DNA of 64,000 bases from a virus. The translations under genes and the position numbers were made by a program. The notes under the pieces are model-generated. The model worked only from the letters and a program-made list of their open reading frames with translations, was not told where the DNA came from and ran no database searches. This document shows positions 62,650 to 64,000 of this stretch, piece by piece. Where the stretch lies: IMG/VR virus record IMGVR_UViG_3300027749_000070, positions 27,247 to 91,246 of that record, one strand, 5' to 3'. The first letter of the stretch is position 1. Each line of letters begins with the position of its first letter.

Positions 62650-62741
62650 AAATGTTAATAAAATGTTAAGAGCTTGGGAAGCACATCCAGCTCACCGATT
62701 TATTGTTGAAAATGTAGTTGCATTAACATATTAATAAAATA

Positions 62742-62772
62742 AAAATAGTCACCTATAACAGGTGACTATTTT
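62742..62772 (-). terminator. Intrinsic terminator
   Basis: AAAATAGTCACCT-ATAAC-AGGTGACTATTTT. Confidence 0.8.
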
Positions 62773-62790
62773 CGGGTATATTAATATTTT

Positions 62791-63216
62791 CTATGCGGGT
62801 TCAGCGATTGCTGGCACTTCAACTTCTGGTTTATTCAATTGATTTAGAAATACACGAATGCTTTGTGCCATTAAACATTTTTCTAATCTATCGCTGATGT
62901 CAGCGAAGGACACATTATGTTTTCTGTAATCTTTGATAACTTTGAGTATTGACTGAATTGTTTCGTTATCTTTGGCAAGAGTATTTTTTGTATGTGCTTC
63001 TATTCCCGTTTCCGCATGACGAATACCGAAAGACATATCACCGATTTTTATAGTCAGTGATTTTTCGCTATGCGATATGAAAAACTTTTGTGTAAGCGGT
63101 TCAGCGGCTTCTTTTTGTTTGCGTGGCGTAACTACTTTAAAAGTTCCGTTAGCTTGTTTTTTGGGTGTAGTTTTTTTGGGAGTAACTACATTGAACATAA
63201 TTTGTTTTGCGTCCAT
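62791..63216 (-). CDS. Hypothetical cassette protein with basic TP(K/R)K N-terminus
   Basis: FNVVTPKK..TPKK..FKVVTPRK; own promoter (63234-63264) and terminator. Confidence 0.75.
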   Translation of the reverse strand: MDAKQIMFNVVTPKKTTPKKQANGTFKVVTPRKQKEAAEPLTQKFFISHSEKSLTIKIGDMSFGIRHAETGIEAHTKNTLAKDNETIQSILKVIKDYRKHNVSFADISDRLEKCLMAQSIRVFLNQLNKPEVEVPAIAEPA

Positions 63217-63285
63217 AACGTTCTATTTTTGTGTAAAGATATACAAAAGTTTTAACACAACAAAAACAATGCTGTTAACGTTGTG

Positions 63286-63462
63286 TTAAAATAACGGTGG
63301 CGGCATATTTTTGTAGCTGTGTGTGTATTTGATAGCAAATGCAGCAGAAATGCCGAAAATCATCAAATATACTTTGAAACATATTACCGCAATTAGTAAT
63401 ACTTTATTTTCAGCTTTTTTCAGCTTCTTTCTCTCTATTACTAGTAATGGATGAGTTGACAT
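63286..63462 (-). CDS. Small membrane protein
   Basis: Start at MSTHP; TATCTTTA at 63482-63489 with a TTAACA-type box 32 bp upstream. Confidence 0.55.
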   Translation of the reverse strand: MSTHPLLVIERKKLKKAENKVLLIAVICFKVYLMIFGISAAFAIKYTHSYKNMPPPLF

Positions 63463-64000
63463 AAAAAATAGTTTTAGAATATAAAGATACAAAAAATAAA
63501 TGATGCACATACTTTTTTATTGTTAAATATATGTTAAAATACATATTTAGTTTATAGTAATACAAAAGATAGTCTTCTTCAAATTTATTGCTGAAAATGC
63601 AGTGCCATTAACAATTAAAAAAATCTATATATTTAGGTAAATATTTTATATAAAAATATATAAAAAACTGCTTATATTATATAAATTATATACAATTTAA
63701 AATAAATGTGAAATTCGTTGGATATAATTGATTTTATATATCTTTTAGAACATATTAAATAAAAGATCGTCAAGATCATGATATATATAAATACTACTAT
63801 ATTACAGGGTTATTTTTCATGTGTTAACATAACTTTAACAAAAATTATTTCTTAACAAATATTTAAGATAAAAGATTAGGTGATATCAGGACTCTGTTTA
63901 ACGCTATTTTTAGACGAAATGAGCGTATCTATTGTGTTTAGATAATCTCTATTGCGCTATGTTTCGATCGTGTCTGGTTTAAAAATAAGCTATTCTACTA

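Larger units (their letters stand above)
57257..63613. repeat. Dispersed family of 20 copies of a 33-bp motif
   Basis: AAATTTRTTGYTGAAAATG-N7-ATTAACR. Plus strand: 57257, 57374, 57527, 58261, 58442, 58530, 59298, 59826, 61139, 61320, 61398, 61476, 61553, 62696, 63581. Minus strand: 57592, 58059, 58325, 59099, 59879. Confidence 0.95.

Noticed and set aside
57664-63289. ORFs 57664-58032, 57876-58064, 59302-59502, 59816-60010, 59844-60041, 60482-60772, 63070-63255, 63077-63289
   Set aside because: Antisense or overlapping shadows of better-supported genes, or ORFs running through repeats and terminators.
57257-63613. 33-bp motif family or 78-bp tandem as a CRISPR array
   Set aside because: Mixed orientations, irregular spacing, variability inside the repeat, repeated rather than unique linkers, and no cas genes in the window.
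57257-63613. 33-bp motif as a simple gene promoter
   Set aside because: Most copies point at gene 3' ends or at each other, and the ORFs already have their own TAnnTTTG promoters.
1-64000. Alternative genetic code (stop-codon reassignment)
   Set aside because: Conserved genes are full length in code 11, and TAG and TGA both serve as apparent stops.

Overview
A very AT-rich 64 kb segment of a large T4-like (myovirus-type) jumbo phage. The host is most likely a Bacteroidota: TTTG-N19/20-TAnnTTTG promoters are present, and LysS and RnpA look Bacteroidota-like. Bases 1-56.5 kb are densely coding in the standard code. They hold replication genes (gp61-like primase, UvsW, UvrD-type helicase), host-like genes (lysS, clpP, rnpA, nitrilase, NUDIX, DHH, HADs, M20/M28 peptidase, GT2), a baseplate module with three peptidoglycan-hydrolase domains, tail fibres, three free-standing homing endonucleases, a J-domain pseudokinase / vWA / HAD / divergent PurA-like cluster, and about 10 late proteins with a T4-IP-like capsid-targeting N-terminus. 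From about 56.5 kb the organisation changes and coding density collapses. Strand composition flips, as at an origin or terminus junction. Twenty copies of a 33-bp motif with a variable 7-bp core occur in both orientations and separate single-gene promoter-ORF-terminator cassettes, one encoding a ParB/DGQHR-fold protein. The region also has three copies of a promoter-driven ~35-nt hairpin RNA and a ~310-340 nt ORF-free structured RNA with tRNA-like parts. This last region is the best candidate for an undescribed system. All annotations come from reading motifs by eye; no searches were run.
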